DNA from: Salinivirgaceae bacterium | GTDB taxonomy: Bacteria > Bacteroidota > Bacteroidia > Bacteroidales > SZUA-534 | Reading direction: 5' to 3' | Assembly: GCA_024405635.1 (NCBI GenBank) | Contig: JAKSOL010000004.1 | Span: 86,919 to 150,918, forward strand | Length of the DNA: 64,000 bases | Shown: one piece after another, positions 9,370 to 19,661 of the stretch | Layout of the letters: the number at the start of each line of letters is the position of its first letter | Position numbering within the stretch: position 1 is the first letter of the stretch | Position numbers and translations under genes: made by a program | Notes under the pieces: generated by a model | The model's database searches: none | The model's input: only the letters and a program-made list of their open reading frames with translations | What the model was told of the DNA's origin: nothing

Positions 9370-11511
9370 ATGAAAAAAATATTGCTTTTTGCAGTTACTG
9401 CAATTCTGCTATCGACATCAAAAGTTAGGGCCGACGAAGGAATGTGGTTGCCGTTGCTTATTGAGCGAAACATGGCAACAATGACCGAGTTGGGATTAAA
9501 ACTCACAGCCGACGACATTTATAACATTAATCAAGCCTGTCTTGCAAATGCCATTGTAGCACTCGACGAAGGAAGTTGCACAGCATCGCTTGTGTCGCCT
9601 GAGGGTTTGCTTATCACCAACCACCATTGCGGCTACGGCGAAATACAAAATCATAGCACAGTTGACAACGACCTGCTCACCAACGGTTTTTGGGCTCATA
9701 GTTACGCCGAAGAACTGCCAAATCCTGGCAAGTCGGTTCAGTTTTTACTTAAAGCCGAAGATGTAACGGAGCGTGTGTTGTCGGCAGTACCAAGTAACGC
9801 TTCGTATGATGAGCGTCGAAAAATTGTTGATAGCGTGTGCGCCGTTTTGTTCAACGAAAATACAATTGAGGAAAAACAGATATTTGGCCTTGTTGAAAGT
9901 GTTTTCGAGAGTAATAAATACTATTTATTTGTATATCAACATTATAACGATGTTCGTTTGGTAGCAGCTCCACCCGAGTCGCTTGGCAAATATGGCGGCG
10001 ACACCGATAATTGGATGTGGCCTCGTCACACTTGCGACTTTTCAATGTTTCGCGTTTACTGCGCACCCGATGGCTCTCCAGCTAAGTATAGCGAGAACAA
10101 TGTTCCTCTAAAATCGAAACAATTTTTGCCCATTTCGCTTAAAGGATACAACAAAGGCGACTTTTCAATGGTTATGGGTTATCCAGGCTCAACCGAGCGC
10201 TACATAACATCGTGGGAAACACAATCGCTTATGACCACCAATGCCGACCGTGCAGCTATTCGTGGTGTTAAACAAGATATTTGGAAAAAACACATGGATG
10301 CCAACGAAAAAACACGCATTCAGTACGCTTCAAAGTACGCTCGCTCGTCAAACTATTGGAAAAACGCCATTGGCCAAAACCGCGGACTAAAACGCTTGCA
10401 TGTGGTTGAAAGCAAACGTCAACTTGAGTCACAATTTGCTAATTGGGTAGCACAATCGCCCGAGCGCCAAACCAAATACGGCAAAGCTTTAAGCTTGATT
10501 GAAAACAATATTGTGCCTTGCGCAAAAGCATCGCAAATCGATAATTATTTGTACGAAACACAATGGGGTGGCTCTGAAATAATTCGTTTTGCAAGCCGAT
10601 GCTATCGTTTAGAAAAAAAATTGAAAAGCGGCTCAACCGACATTGAAAAAGATGTGGCAACATTGCGTAATCAAGCAACCGACTTTTTCAAAGATTACAA
10701 CGCAAACCTTGACCGCGAAGCAACAACCGCATTGGTAAAAATGTATATGGACAACATCGACTCTCAATATTGGCCACATTATATGTTTACCATCAAAAAC
10801 AAGTACAAAGGCGATGTGAACAAGTTCGTGAACCAAATGTTTGCTAAATCAATATTCTGTAACGAACAGAAATTCAATGCTTTCCTTGCAAAACCAAGTG
10901 CAAAACAACTTCAATCCGATTTGGCATTTGTAGCAGCAACAAGCATTATCCAGATATCGCAAAACTCGCAAACCGAAAACAACGAAAAGCTATTGAACGA
11001 GGGAAAACGCCTTTTTCTTGCTGGACTTATGGAAATGTTCCCCGATAAGAATTTCTATCCCGATGCCAACTCAACCATGCGCTTAACTTACGGAACAGTA
11101 GGCGATTACAAACCAGCTGATGCGGTTCGTTACGATTATTTTACCACCATGGATGGTGTGATGGAAAAAGAAGACTCAACTAATCGTGAGTTTATTGTTC
11201 CTGCCAAGTTGAAAGAAATTTACCAAGCAAAAGATTACGGCCAATACGGAAATGCCGACGGCACAATGAACGTTTGTTTTACCACCAACAACGACATAAC
11301 TGGAGGTAATTCGGGTAGTCCAGTAATAAATGCAAACGGCGAACTTATTGGTCTCGCGTTTGATGGTAACTGGGAAGCTATGAGCGGCGACATTGCTTTT
11401 GAACCTGAACTGCAAAAATGTATTGTAGTCGATATTCGCTATGTGATGCTGATTATCGATAAGTTTGCTGGAGCACAAAATCTTGTTGATGAGATGTTGT
11501 TGCGCCAATAA
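9370..11511 (+). CDS. dpp7: S46 family dipeptidyl peptidase, DPP7-type
   Basis: ADEGMWLP N-terminus, TNHHC, TGGNSGSPV catalytic Ser motif; AFDGNWEAMSGD has Gly at the S1 position (DPP7-type), not the Arg of DPP11. Confidence 0.88.
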   Translation: MKKILLFAVTAILLSTSKVRADEGMWLPLLIERNMATMTELGLKLTADDIYNINQACLANAIVALDEGSCTASLVSPEGLLITNHHCGYGEIQNHSTVDNDLLTNGFWAHSYAEELPNPGKSVQFLLKAEDVTERVLSAVPSNASYDERRKIVDSVCAVLFNENTIEEKQIFGLVESVFESNKYYLFVYQHYNDVRLVAAPPESLGKYGGDTDNWMWPRHTCDFSMFRVYCAPDGSPAKYSENNVPLKSKQFLPISLKGYNKGDFSMVMGYPGSTERYITSWETQSLMTTNADRAAIRGVKQDIWKKHMDANEKTRIQYASKYARSSNYWKNAIGQNRGLKRLHVVESKRQLESQFANWVAQSPERQTKYGKALSLIENNIVPCAKASQIDNYLYETQWGGSEIIRFASRCYRLEKKLKSGSTDIEKDVATLRNQATDFFKDYNANLDREATTALVKMYMDNIDSQYWPHYMFTIKNKYKGDVNKFVNQMFAKSIFCNEQKFNAFLAKPSAKQLQSDLAFVAATSIIQISQNSQTENNEKLLNEGKRLFLAGLMEMFPDKNFYPDANSTMRLTYGTVGDYKPADAVRYDYFTTMDGVMEKEDSTNREFIVPAKLKEIYQAKDYGQYGNADGTMNVCFTTNNDITGGNSGSPVINANGELIGLAFDGNWEAMSGDIAFEPELQKCIVVDIRYVMLIIDKFAGAQNLVDEMLLRQ

Positions 11512-11699
11512 ATCAAAATAAGAATTGCAAGCAGACAAGTTGTTTGACCTGAAAAATAGTTGAAGAAAGACTTGGTTTTTAGAGCGTGAAAACAAAAAAA
11601 TACTCGTCAAACAATAAATTGCTATATTCGCACGCTTTTATGCAAGGTGGAGCAGTGGCTCTTGCCTTATCAAATGGAAAATATTTAAACTGATATAGA

Positions 11700-12836
11700 A
11701 TGAGAAAATCAATTCGTTCAATCCTTATGGTGTTGGCTGTTGGCTTGCTTTCGGTTAACTGTGAGGATACCGAAGATTACCTTGGTAATTGGGTTCACTC
11801 TGCCGACCTTAATGCTCGTGGTCGTTCGCGCGCAACAGCATTAATGATTGGATCAAAAGTTTATTTGGTTGGTGGTATTGGATACTACAAAACCGTAGAG
11901 TATTACCGCGATGTTTGGGCATTTGATGCAGCAACTCGCACTTGGGACCCAGGAAATCTTTACGATTCAATTCCAGAAACCGACTCGGTAAAAGCTCCTT
12001 TAACAACCAACTATAAAAAAGGTCGTAGTGGACGTGGCTCTGGCGCCGGTTTTGTTGTCGATGGCAAAGCATACTATGGCACAGGTTTGGGTAAAGATGG
12101 TATCTACTACCGCGACTTCTATCGTTTTGACCCAACAGCCGAAAAAGGTTCGCAATGGACTAACCTTGAAACCGAGGGCGACATTTATCCTGGCGATGAA
12201 GTGTATGGCGCAGTTGGCTTTGAAGTTGACAATATTGGTTATATCGGTACAGGATTGACCAAAAACTTTGGATATTCAAACACCTTCTATCAATACGATC
12301 CAACCAAAGCTAAAGGTGAACGTTGGAGCATTGTTGAAAACGTAAGTGCAGCAAAACGCTCAATGGCTTGCACCTTTACTATCGACAACAAAGTTTACAT
12401 ATTCGGTGGCGTTAAAAACGGCATTTTGGTTGAAGAGTTTGAACGCTTTGATCCAAATGCAGGCGAGGGTGGAATACGTTGGTATAAGGTTAGTCAAGAC
12501 TATCGCCGCGACTATCACGAAAACACTATGAACCGCCAAAACTGCGCAGCTTTTTCAGCTGGTGGCCGTGGTTATGTTGTTGGTGGTCAACGTTCGTCAG
12601 GCTCAGTACTAGGCGACACTTGGGAGTATATTCCTCGTGGTGGTCGATACAAACGTGGAGTTTGGACTCAACGAGCATCAATCGAAGGAGCAAGCCGCTA
12701 TGGTGCAGTTGGTTTCTCTTATAACGATATTGGTTTTGTTGCTTGTGGTCAACGTGGTAGCGATGCTTCAAGTTACTTTGAAGATGTTTGGAGCTTCTAT
12801 CCACAAGAAGATTACGACAAGCATACATATAAATGA
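11700..12836 (+). CDS. Kelch-repeat beta-propeller protein, probable lipoprotein
   Basis: Signal peptide ending SVNC; repeated GG/GTG...Y.FDP...W Kelch units. Confidence 0.85.
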   Translation: MRKSIRSILMVLAVGLLSVNCEDTEDYLGNWVHSADLNARGRSRATALMIGSKVYLVGGIGYYKTVEYYRDVWAFDAATRTWDPGNLYDSIPETDSVKAPLTTNYKKGRSGRGSGAGFVVDGKAYYGTGLGKDGIYYRDFYRFDPTAEKGSQWTNLETEGDIYPGDEVYGAVGFEVDNIGYIGTGLTKNFGYSNTFYQYDPTKAKGERWSIVENVSAAKRSMACTFTIDNKVYIFGGVKNGILVEEFERFDPNAGEGGIRWYKVSQDYRRDYHENTMNRQNCAAFSAGGRGYVVGGQRSSGSVLGDTWEYIPRGGRYKRGVWTQRASIEGASRYGAVGFSYNDIGFVACGQRGSDASSYFEDVWSFYPQEDYDKHTYK

Positions 12837-12852
12837 TTTCAATCTTAAAACA

Positions 12853-12888
12853 ATAAGGGGAATCGGCTTGGTTTCCCTTTTTGTTTTT
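12853..12888 (+). terminator. Terminator-like hairpin between the Kelch paralogs
   Basis: AAGGGGAATC GGCTT GGTTTCCCTT followed by T-rich run. Confidence 0.5.
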
Positions 12889-12916
12889 GTACAATACCAG
12901 ACACAAACAAATCATT

Positions 12917-13984
12917 ATGCGTCACAATAACAAAAAGTTGCCTATAGCGTTTCGCGTAGTTATTGCTCTTTTTGCATCGGCTACAATGCTTTTGTGCAGT
13001 TGCGAAGACGATGATTACTATGGCAATTGGAAAATATTGTCAAACGTAAACGAAAAAGGATTGTCTGATGCTTCGTCGTTTGTTATAGGAAACAACGCAT
13101 ACATGGTTGGCGGATATGGATATTACCGCACATACGTTTACTTTAACAAAACATGGCGTTACAATTCTGAAAATCGTGCTTGGACCGAAATGGATTCGCT
13201 GCCAGGTAAAGGACGTTCGCAAGGCGTGTCATTTATGATTGGCAATAAAGCCTATTTTGGTACAGGAATTGCTTCAGATGGTGAGTTTTTTGACGAGTTT
13301 TTTGAATTCGATCCGTCGCAACCAAAAGGTAGCCAATGGAAAAAAATTAACGACCCAATTCCTTGTGGACCTTGTTATGGCGCCATGTCGTTCGTAATAA
13401 ATGGCAAAGGTTATGTTTGCGGTGGTTATACCGAACAAAAAGGTATGAGCCGCGAAATGTACAAATTCGACCCATCGCAACCCGAAGGCTCACGTTGGAG
13501 TTTGATTGAAACAGCCCAACTCGTTAAACGAATGGAAGGCAATGTTATGGTAATTGACAACAAAGCCTACATTATTGGTGGACGATCAAACAAATCTAAA
13601 GTCCCAGAATTTGAATGTTTCGACCCAACTACCGAAACTATAAGAATGGTGAGTGAAAATGTGGCCGACGATTACACCGAAAATCTTTTGCGATACGAAG
13701 CAAGTTCATTTGTGATTGATGGACGCGGATACATGTGCTGTGGTATAAAATTTAGTGGTGAGGTGCTACGCGATATGTGGCGATTTACTCCTAATAACGG
13801 CAAAGGCGTATGGCAAAAAATGTGCGATTTTATTGGCCCTAGCCGCAGTGGAGCCAGCGGCTTTGAAATAAACGGAATAGGCTATGTAGCTTGTGGTCAA
13901 AACGGTGTTGGTGGATATAATTTCTACGACGAAATTTGGTCGTTTGACCCTAACGAGCGTTGGAGTCGCCGAATCTATAAATAA
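12917..13984 (+). CDS. Kelch-repeat lipoprotein, paralog of the upstream gene
   Basis: MRHNNKK...LLCSCEDDDYYGNW lipobox; Kelch repeats colinear with 11700-12836. Confidence 0.85.
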   Translation: MRHNNKKLPIAFRVVIALFASATMLLCSCEDDDYYGNWKILSNVNEKGLSDASSFVIGNNAYMVGGYGYYRTYVYFNKTWRYNSENRAWTEMDSLPGKGRSQGVSFMIGNKAYFGTGIASDGEFFDEFFEFDPSQPKGSQWKKINDPIPCGPCYGAMSFVINGKGYVCGGYTEQKGMSREMYKFDPSQPEGSRWSLIETAQLVKRMEGNVMVIDNKAYIIGGRSNKSKVPEFECFDPTTETIRMVSENVADDYTENLLRYEASSFVIDGRGYMCCGIKFSGEVLRDMWRFTPNNGKGVWQKMCDFIGPSRSGASGFEINGIGYVACGQNGVGGYNFYDEIWSFDPNERWSRRIYK

Positions 13985-14121
13985 TCTGTATTAGATTGAT
14001 ATTCAGGTAAAAAGCGCAACTGCAATAACATTGTATAGTTGCATTTAGTTGTTAGTAACTTCCAAATTGAAGATTGAAAAAAAACATAAATTTGAACTCG
14101 CAATAAAAAATCATTTACTGT

Positions 14122-15252
14122 ATGAATTTCATAGTATCTAGTTCACTTTTGAGCGCACACTTACAATCAGTAGGCCGTGTAATTAGTTCAAAACCTTCAA
14201 TGGCTATTCTTGGAAACTTTTTGTTTGAACTGAATGGTAACATTTTGACAATAACTGGTACCGATATTGAAACAACAATGGTTTCAAAACTTGAGGTAGA
14301 AAGCGCAAGTGGCGATGGCAAAATAGCAATTGAGGCAAAACGTTTGACCGATTTTATGAAAGTGTCAGGCGAACGCCCAATGACCTTTAATATTAATGAA
14401 GCAACCTTGCAAGTTGATATTATTACCGAAAATGGTAAGTACAACATTGCAGCTTTTAACAGCGACGATTTCCCAAAAACTCAAGAGTTGAACGATGATG
14501 CTACCGATATTAAGATGAGTCAAGAGGCTTTGCTACAGGGTGTTACAAAGGCTTTGTTCGCAGCATCAACCGATACCTTGCGTCCTGTAATGACAGGTGT
14601 GTTTGTTGAAATTTTTGCCGACCGAGTAAACTTTGTTGCTTCTGATGCTCACAAATTGGTTCGCTACACTCGCACCGATATTACTTCTGGAATTGAAAGT
14701 TCATTTATATTGCCTCCAAAACCAGCCAACATGTTACAAAGCTTTTTGTCAAAAAGCGAAAGCCAAGTTCGTGTGGCATTTGATAAAAAGAACGCAATTT
14801 TTGAAACCGACGAGTATAAATTAGTTTGCCGCCTAATTGAGGGAAATTTCCCAAATTACTCTAAAATCATTCCCCCCGAGTCACAAAACAAAGTTGTGAT
14901 TGACCGAAGCGAACTTATTGGTTGCTTGCGTCGTGTGGCAATGTGCGCAAACCAAGCTAGTAACCTAATCAAATTCAGCATTGCAGCAAACCAACTTACC
15001 GTTTCGGCTCAAGATTATGATTTTTCAACTTCGGGCCACGAGCGTATAAGTTGCCAATATGATGGCGAGGAAATGGAAATAGGTTTCAAATCAACTTTCT
15101 TGCTCGATTTGTTGAAAAACCTTGACTCAACAAACGAAATTGCAATAAGCCTTGTTAATCCAGGTGCAGCTGGAGTTCTTACTCCATACGATAACACATC
15201 GGAAAAAGAAGACGTGCTAATGTTGCTTATGCCAATGAAGTTGGAAGACTAA
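14122..15252 (+). CDS. dnaN: DNA polymerase III beta clamp
   Basis: LRPVMTGV, VASDAHKLVRY, RLIEGNFPNY, C-terminal LLMPMKL. Confidence 0.97.
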   Translation: MNFIVSSSLLSAHLQSVGRVISSKPSMAILGNFLFELNGNILTITGTDIETTMVSKLEVESASGDGKIAIEAKRLTDFMKVSGERPMTFNINEATLQVDIITENGKYNIAAFNSDDFPKTQELNDDATDIKMSQEALLQGVTKALFAASTDTLRPVMTGVFVEIFADRVNFVASDAHKLVRYTRTDITSGIESSFILPPKPANMLQSFLSKSESQVRVAFDKKNAIFETDEYKLVCRLIEGNFPNYSKIIPPESQNKVVIDRSELIGCLRRVAMCANQASNLIKFSIAANQLTVSAQDYDFSTSGHERISCQYDGEEMEIGFKSTFLLDLLKNLDSTNEIAISLVNPGAAGVLTPYDNTSEKEDVLMLLMPMKLED

Positions 15253-15276
15253 TACGTAATTATATTTTTATTGTAT

Positions 15277-15312
15277 AAAAAAGGAAGGTGACATAATTAC
15301 CTTCCTTTTTTT
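15277..15312 (+). terminator. Intrinsic terminator
   Basis: AAAAAAGGAAGGTGA CATAA TTACCTTCCTTTTTTT. Confidence 0.85.
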
Positions 15313-15380
15313 GTGTAAAAAAATGTGATTGAAATCCCTGTTTTGTGATTTTTAATAATTTTGCGCCGCAAATTCAAACG

Positions 15381-16679
15381 ATGATTACGGTACTCCCAAC
15401 ATCTATCTCGCAAAGTGACTCTTTGCAAGTGCAATCCGCGACTGCACCATTGGTTGTTAGTCGTCAGGTTTTGAACACCGATAGTTTTGTAATCGATTCA
15501 AGTCGATTGCAACAAAAAACGGTTTCGACACCTGTTGTTAAAACAGTACCATTTATTCCGCAAAACGATTCGGTAGCGCACCCAACCTACGATGTTATAA
15601 ACAACGACTTTGTTATTACGCATAACGAAACGTTGATGGACCAGTTAGGCATCAACCCAATTGACCCAATAGATGTTGAGCACGAATCGTTTGCAACAGT
15701 GGAGGTGAATCAACCAGTAGAGGAAGTTGCACAAACTGAGCAACCTGCAGTTTTGGCTGATACAACACCAGTTGTTGAATTAGTGTTGGAGCAAGCTCAA
15801 CCTCAAACTATAGTAGAGGAACCAATTGCGCAAGCACAAGTTGAAATTCAAACTGAATCTAATTCAATTACTGAAGTTGCTGACACTATAGCAGCGGTTG
15901 ATTCGGTTGCATTAGACTCGTGCGTGGTTTTGGCATCAGATAGTGTGGCTCAAGTTGCAAAACCTCGTACCCACACCACTCAAGATGTTGCCATTTTGCG
16001 AAAAGTTCGCAGCATTTCAGCAAATAAGTTGCTAGCCGATGCCGATTGGATGTTAATAACAATCATAGTGTCGTTTGTGTTGTTTGCATGGGTGCGATTT
16101 ACCTCGCATCGTTTTGTTCAATCGGTGCGTCAAACAGTAACAAATATATACGCAGCAGTGCGCTTTTATGAAGAACATAACCTTACTCGCGGTAGAGTAT
16201 TCTTTATGCTCAACATTTTGTTCTTCATTAACTTGAGTTTGTTTGTTTGCCAATGCTTTGATTTTTATTCAATAAACATTGAAGGACTTGCAGGATTTAA
16301 GCTATTTGCGATTTTGTTCACTGTGTTTGTTGTTTTGCTGGGCCTAAAGTCGTTTGTGCTTGCCGTTTTGGAGTTGATTTTTCAAACCGATGGAGCATTT
16401 GGCTTGTACAATTTTTCAATGTTCTGTTGCTACAAATTATACGGAATGTTAATGTTGCCAGTGGTGGCAGCCTTGCCATTTGTAAGTGCAGATGTGGCCG
16501 AAAAGTTGATTTGGGTGGGGCTAGGCTTGTTTGCTTTTGTTTATTTGTACTCTATTCTTCGTGGATTTAGAATAGCCATAAAAAATAGAGCATCAATTTT
16601 TTACATGTTATTATACTTAAGTGCGATAGAGATTTTACCCTTAACATTCATTTTGAAGTGCATATCGCTTTATAGATAA
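15381..16679 (+). CDS. DUF4271-family membrane protein with long low-complexity N-terminal extension
   Basis: Multiple C-terminal TM helices ending FYMLLYLSAIEILP; usual Bacteroidota position upstream of hemD. Confidence 0.75.
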   Translation: MITVLPTSISQSDSLQVQSATAPLVVSRQVLNTDSFVIDSSRLQQKTVSTPVVKTVPFIPQNDSVAHPTYDVINNDFVITHNETLMDQLGINPIDPIDVEHESFATVEVNQPVEEVAQTEQPAVLADTTPVVELVLEQAQPQTIVEEPIAQAQVEIQTESNSITEVADTIAAVDSVALDSCVVLASDSVAQVAKPRTHTTQDVAILRKVRSISANKLLADADWMLITIIVSFVLFAWVRFTSHRFVQSVRQTVTNIYAAVRFYEEHNLTRGRVFFMLNILFFINLSLFVCQCFDFYSINIEGLAGFKLFAILFTVFVVLLGLKSFVLAVLELIFQTDGAFGLYNFSMFCCYKLYGMLMLPVVAALPFVSADVAEKLIWVGLGLFAFVYLYSILRGFRIAIKNRASIFYMLLYLSAIEILPLTFILKCISLYR

Positions 16680-16715
16680 TGCTGAGGGGAGTGTTTAATA
16701 TAAATACCAAAGTTT

Positions 16716-17471
16716 GTGAAAGTTAAGAAGATATTGGTTTCGCAACCAAAACCTGCTGATGGCGTTAAATCGCCGTACTACGACTTGGCCGAGAAGTATA
16801 ACCTAAAAATTGATTTCCGACCATTTATTTACGTTGAACCTGTTGATGTTAAGGAATTTCGCCAAACACGCATCAACATTCTTGATTACACTGCAATCAT
16901 TTTTACCAGCAAGAAAGGCATCGACAATTTCTTTAAAATGTGCGAAGCTTTGCGAGTTAACTTGCCAGAAACAATGAAATACTTCTGCATCACCGAGTCA
17001 ATCGCTCTTTATTTGCAGAAATACATTGTTTACCGCAAACGTAAAATATCGTTTGGAAATGGAACATTTGACGAGTTGCTAACCTTGCTCGACAAACACA
17101 AAGAGGAGAAATTTTTGCTCACATCGTCAGATAAATACAAACCTGAGGTGCCAGTTAAGTTGGAAGAGCACAAGATAAACTACACCATGGCAATTCTTTA
17201 CCGTACCGTTGCAAGCGATATGACCGGAATTATGGAAGAAGGCTATGATGTTTTTGTATTCTTCAGCCCTGAAGGTATTAAGTCGCTAAAAGAAAACTTC
17301 CCCAACTTTGAGCAAGGCGAAGTTAGAATTGCAGCATTTGGACCAAACACTGCAAAGGCAGTGCGCGATGCTGGTTTGCGACTCGATATTGAGGCTCCGC
17401 TTCCCGATGTCCCATCAATGCCAGCGGCTTTGGATTTGTACATTAAAAACGCAAACAAATCACATAAATAA
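16716..17471 (+). CDS. hemD: Uroporphyrinogen-III synthase (Bacteroidota HemD-like)
   Basis: MKVKKILVSQPKP, KIDFRPFI, YLQKYIVYRKRKI, FFSPEGIKSL. Confidence 0.9.
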   Translation: MKVKKILVSQPKPADGVKSPYYDLAEKYNLKIDFRPFIYVEPVDVKEFRQTRINILDYTAIIFTSKKGIDNFFKMCEALRVNLPETMKYFCITESIALYLQKYIVYRKRKISFGNGTFDELLTLLDKHKEEKFLLTSSDKYKPEVPVKLEEHKINYTMAILYRTVASDMTGIMEEGYDVFVFFSPEGIKSLKENFPNFEQGEVRIAAFGPNTAKAVRDAGLRLDIEAPLPDVPSMPAALDLYIKNANKSHK

Positions 17472-17472
17472 T

Positions 17473-17505
17473 ACAAAGCCCGCCCAAAAGCGGGCTTTGT
17501 TTTTT
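17473..17505 (+). terminator. Terminator-like hairpin
   Basis: ACAAAGCCCGC CCAAAA GCGGGCTTTGT followed by Ts. Confidence 0.7.
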
Positions 17506-17512
17506 CTAAAAA

Positions 17513-17902
17513 ATGGAGCAATTCTCACTTAAACGACGCGAACATTTAAAAAGCCAAAAGACCATTGACGGACTTTGGGCGCAAAACACTGCGCTTAAAA
17601 ACTATCCAGTGAAAATGGTTTATGGAACTGCACCTTGCGACAATTTTAGCATCGAAGTGGGATTTGTTTCACCAAAAAAATTTCATCGTCATGCAGTTGA
17701 CCGAAACCGTACCAAGCGCCAAATGCATGAAGCCTTTCGATTGAACCGAAATTTGCTTAATCAACTGCAAAATCAGTCAATTAAACTTTCGATGATTTTT
17801 GTAGCACAAACCAGCGACATGCTCAATTCGGCAGAGGTTAACTCAAAAATTAAAAACTTACTTGAACGTTTGGTTGAAAAGATGCAGCAAACAAATGCCT
17901 AA
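17513..17902 (+). CDS. rnpA: Ribonuclease P protein component
   Basis: KKFHRHAVDRNRTKRQMHEAFRLN (RNR motif); synteny after hemD. Confidence 0.9.
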   Translation: MEQFSLKRREHLKSQKTIDGLWAQNTALKNYPVKMVYGTAPCDNFSIEVGFVSPKKFHRHAVDRNRTKRQMHEAFRLNRNLLNQLQNQSIKLSMIFVAQTSDMLNSAEVNSKIKNLLERLVEKMQQTNA

Positions 17903-17953
17903 TTGCGGCAATGTTTTATTTTTGTTGCTTAAGGTTTTTGAAAAACTAAACGT

Positions 17954-19648
17954 ATGAAAATTTCTATGATAAAAGGATTGCGCCGAGCAACCATTTGTGC
18001 TGTGGTGGTTGTTGTAGCTTTGGCTACCATAGCTTTTTCGCGCTCCGACGACCACGATTTTGCTTTCGTAAAGAACTTTGATATATACCAAACTCTGATG
18101 CGCGAATTGGAGTTGTATTATGTCGATCCTATTGATGCTGGCGACCTTATAACAACCAGTATAAACGAAATGCTGCTAACTCTTGATCCTTACACAGTTT
18201 ACATTCCTGAGGATGATATTGAAGATTTTAGAACAATGACCACAGGAAAATATGGCGGCATTGGAGCAATTATTCGTAGCGAAAAAGACCAAGTGATTAT
18301 TGTTGAACCTTATAAAGGCTTTCCTGCCGATAAAGCAGGCTTGCGTGCTGGCGACATTATTCTTGAAATTGACGGTAAAGCAGTAGGTAAATACAAAGTT
18401 AACGACGTAAGCGAACTGCTGAAAGGCGACCCCAAAACATCGGTTCAACTTACTATTAAAACACCATTTACCGATAAAATACGAAAAGTAAACGTAGTGC
18501 GCGACAATGTTAAGATAAACAGCGTTGGCTATGCAGGCTTGGTTGCCGATAGCATTGGCTACATATCGTTGTCAAACTTTACCGAAAACTGTGCTCAAGA
18601 GGTAAAAGCCGAACTACTTAGACTAAAACGCGAGCATAATATCAAAGCTTTGGTTTTTGACCTCCGAGGCAATCCGGGCGGATTGTTGAGCGAGGCGATA
18701 AATGTTTCGAACTTATTTGTAGAAAAAGGACAAGAAATAGTAAGCACCAAAGGCAAAATGCAGCAATGGAACAAAACATACACCGCATTAAACGATCCAA
18801 CTGATACTCAAATACCTTTGGTTGTGTTAGTGAATAGCGGGTCGGCATCGGCATCGGAAATTGTGTCGGGCGTTATTCAAGACCTTGATCGCGGTGTAAT
18901 TGTTGGAACCCGCACTTATGGTAAAGGACTTGTGCAAACCACTCGCGACTTGAGCTACCAAACAAAACTGAAACTTACTACAGCAAAATACTATATCCCT
19001 AGTGGTCGCTGTATTCAAGCACTCGATTACTCGCACCGAAACGAAGATGGTAGCGTTGGTAAAGTGCCCGATTCGCTTATCAGCAAATTTAATACAAGAG
19101 TAGGCAGAGAGGTGTTCGATGGTGGCGGTGTGCTACCCGATGTTGAGGTTGAACTAAAATCGTTGAGCATAATTGCAACAAGTTTATACGCTAAACATTT
19201 GTTGTTTGACTATGCAACATATTATCGTCAGCATCACGATACCATTGGCAATCCTCGCACCTTTAAAATTAGCGACGAAACTTATGACGATTTTAAAAAA
19301 TTCTTGAGCGACAAGAATTACGATTATACTCTTGATAGCGAACGTGCGCTTAATCACTTAGAGAGCGTACTTAAAAAAGAAAAGTATGACGACCAAACAG
19401 TTGAAGAGTTGCAATCGTTGCGAAACAAATTGGCTCACGATAAAAACAAAGACCTTGAAACGTTTAAGAACGAGATTGTCCAACTATTGAGTTCGGAAAT
19501 AGCTTGTCGCTATTATTACCAAGATGGTCGCACAATATCGGCATTTGCCGACGATATTACACTCGACAAGGCAATTGAAATTCTGAACAATAAAGAAGAA
19601 TATAAGCGTATTTTGTCGGCACCAGAAAAAGAACAACCAACCAAATAA
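17954..19648 (+). CDS. S41 C-terminal processing peptidase (PDZ + peptidase)
   Basis: LDPYTVY, DLRGNPGGLL, SASASEIVSG, RTYGKGLVQ, TTAKYYIPSGR. Confidence 0.93.
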   Translation: MKISMIKGLRRATICAVVVVVALATIAFSRSDDHDFAFVKNFDIYQTLMRELELYYVDPIDAGDLITTSINEMLLTLDPYTVYIPEDDIEDFRTMTTGKYGGIGAIIRSEKDQVIIVEPYKGFPADKAGLRAGDIILEIDGKAVGKYKVNDVSELLKGDPKTSVQLTIKTPFTDKIRKVNVVRDNVKINSVGYAGLVADSIGYISLSNFTENCAQEVKAELLRLKREHNIKALVFDLRGNPGGLLSEAINVSNLFVEKGQEIVSTKGKMQQWNKTYTALNDPTDTQIPLVVLVNSGSASASEIVSGVIQDLDRGVIVGTRTYGKGLVQTTRDLSYQTKLKLTTAKYYIPSGRCIQALDYSHRNEDGSVGKVPDSLISKFNTRVGREVFDGGGVLPDVEVELKSLSIIATSLYAKHLLFDYATYYRQHHDTIGNPRTFKISDETYDDFKKFLSDKNYDYTLDSERALNHLESVLKKEKYDDQTVEELQSLRNKLAHDKNKDLETFKNEIVQLLSSEIACRYYYQDGRTISAFADDITLDKAIEILNNKEEYKRILSAPEKEQPTK

Positions 19649-19661
19649 CACAAACAATTAT

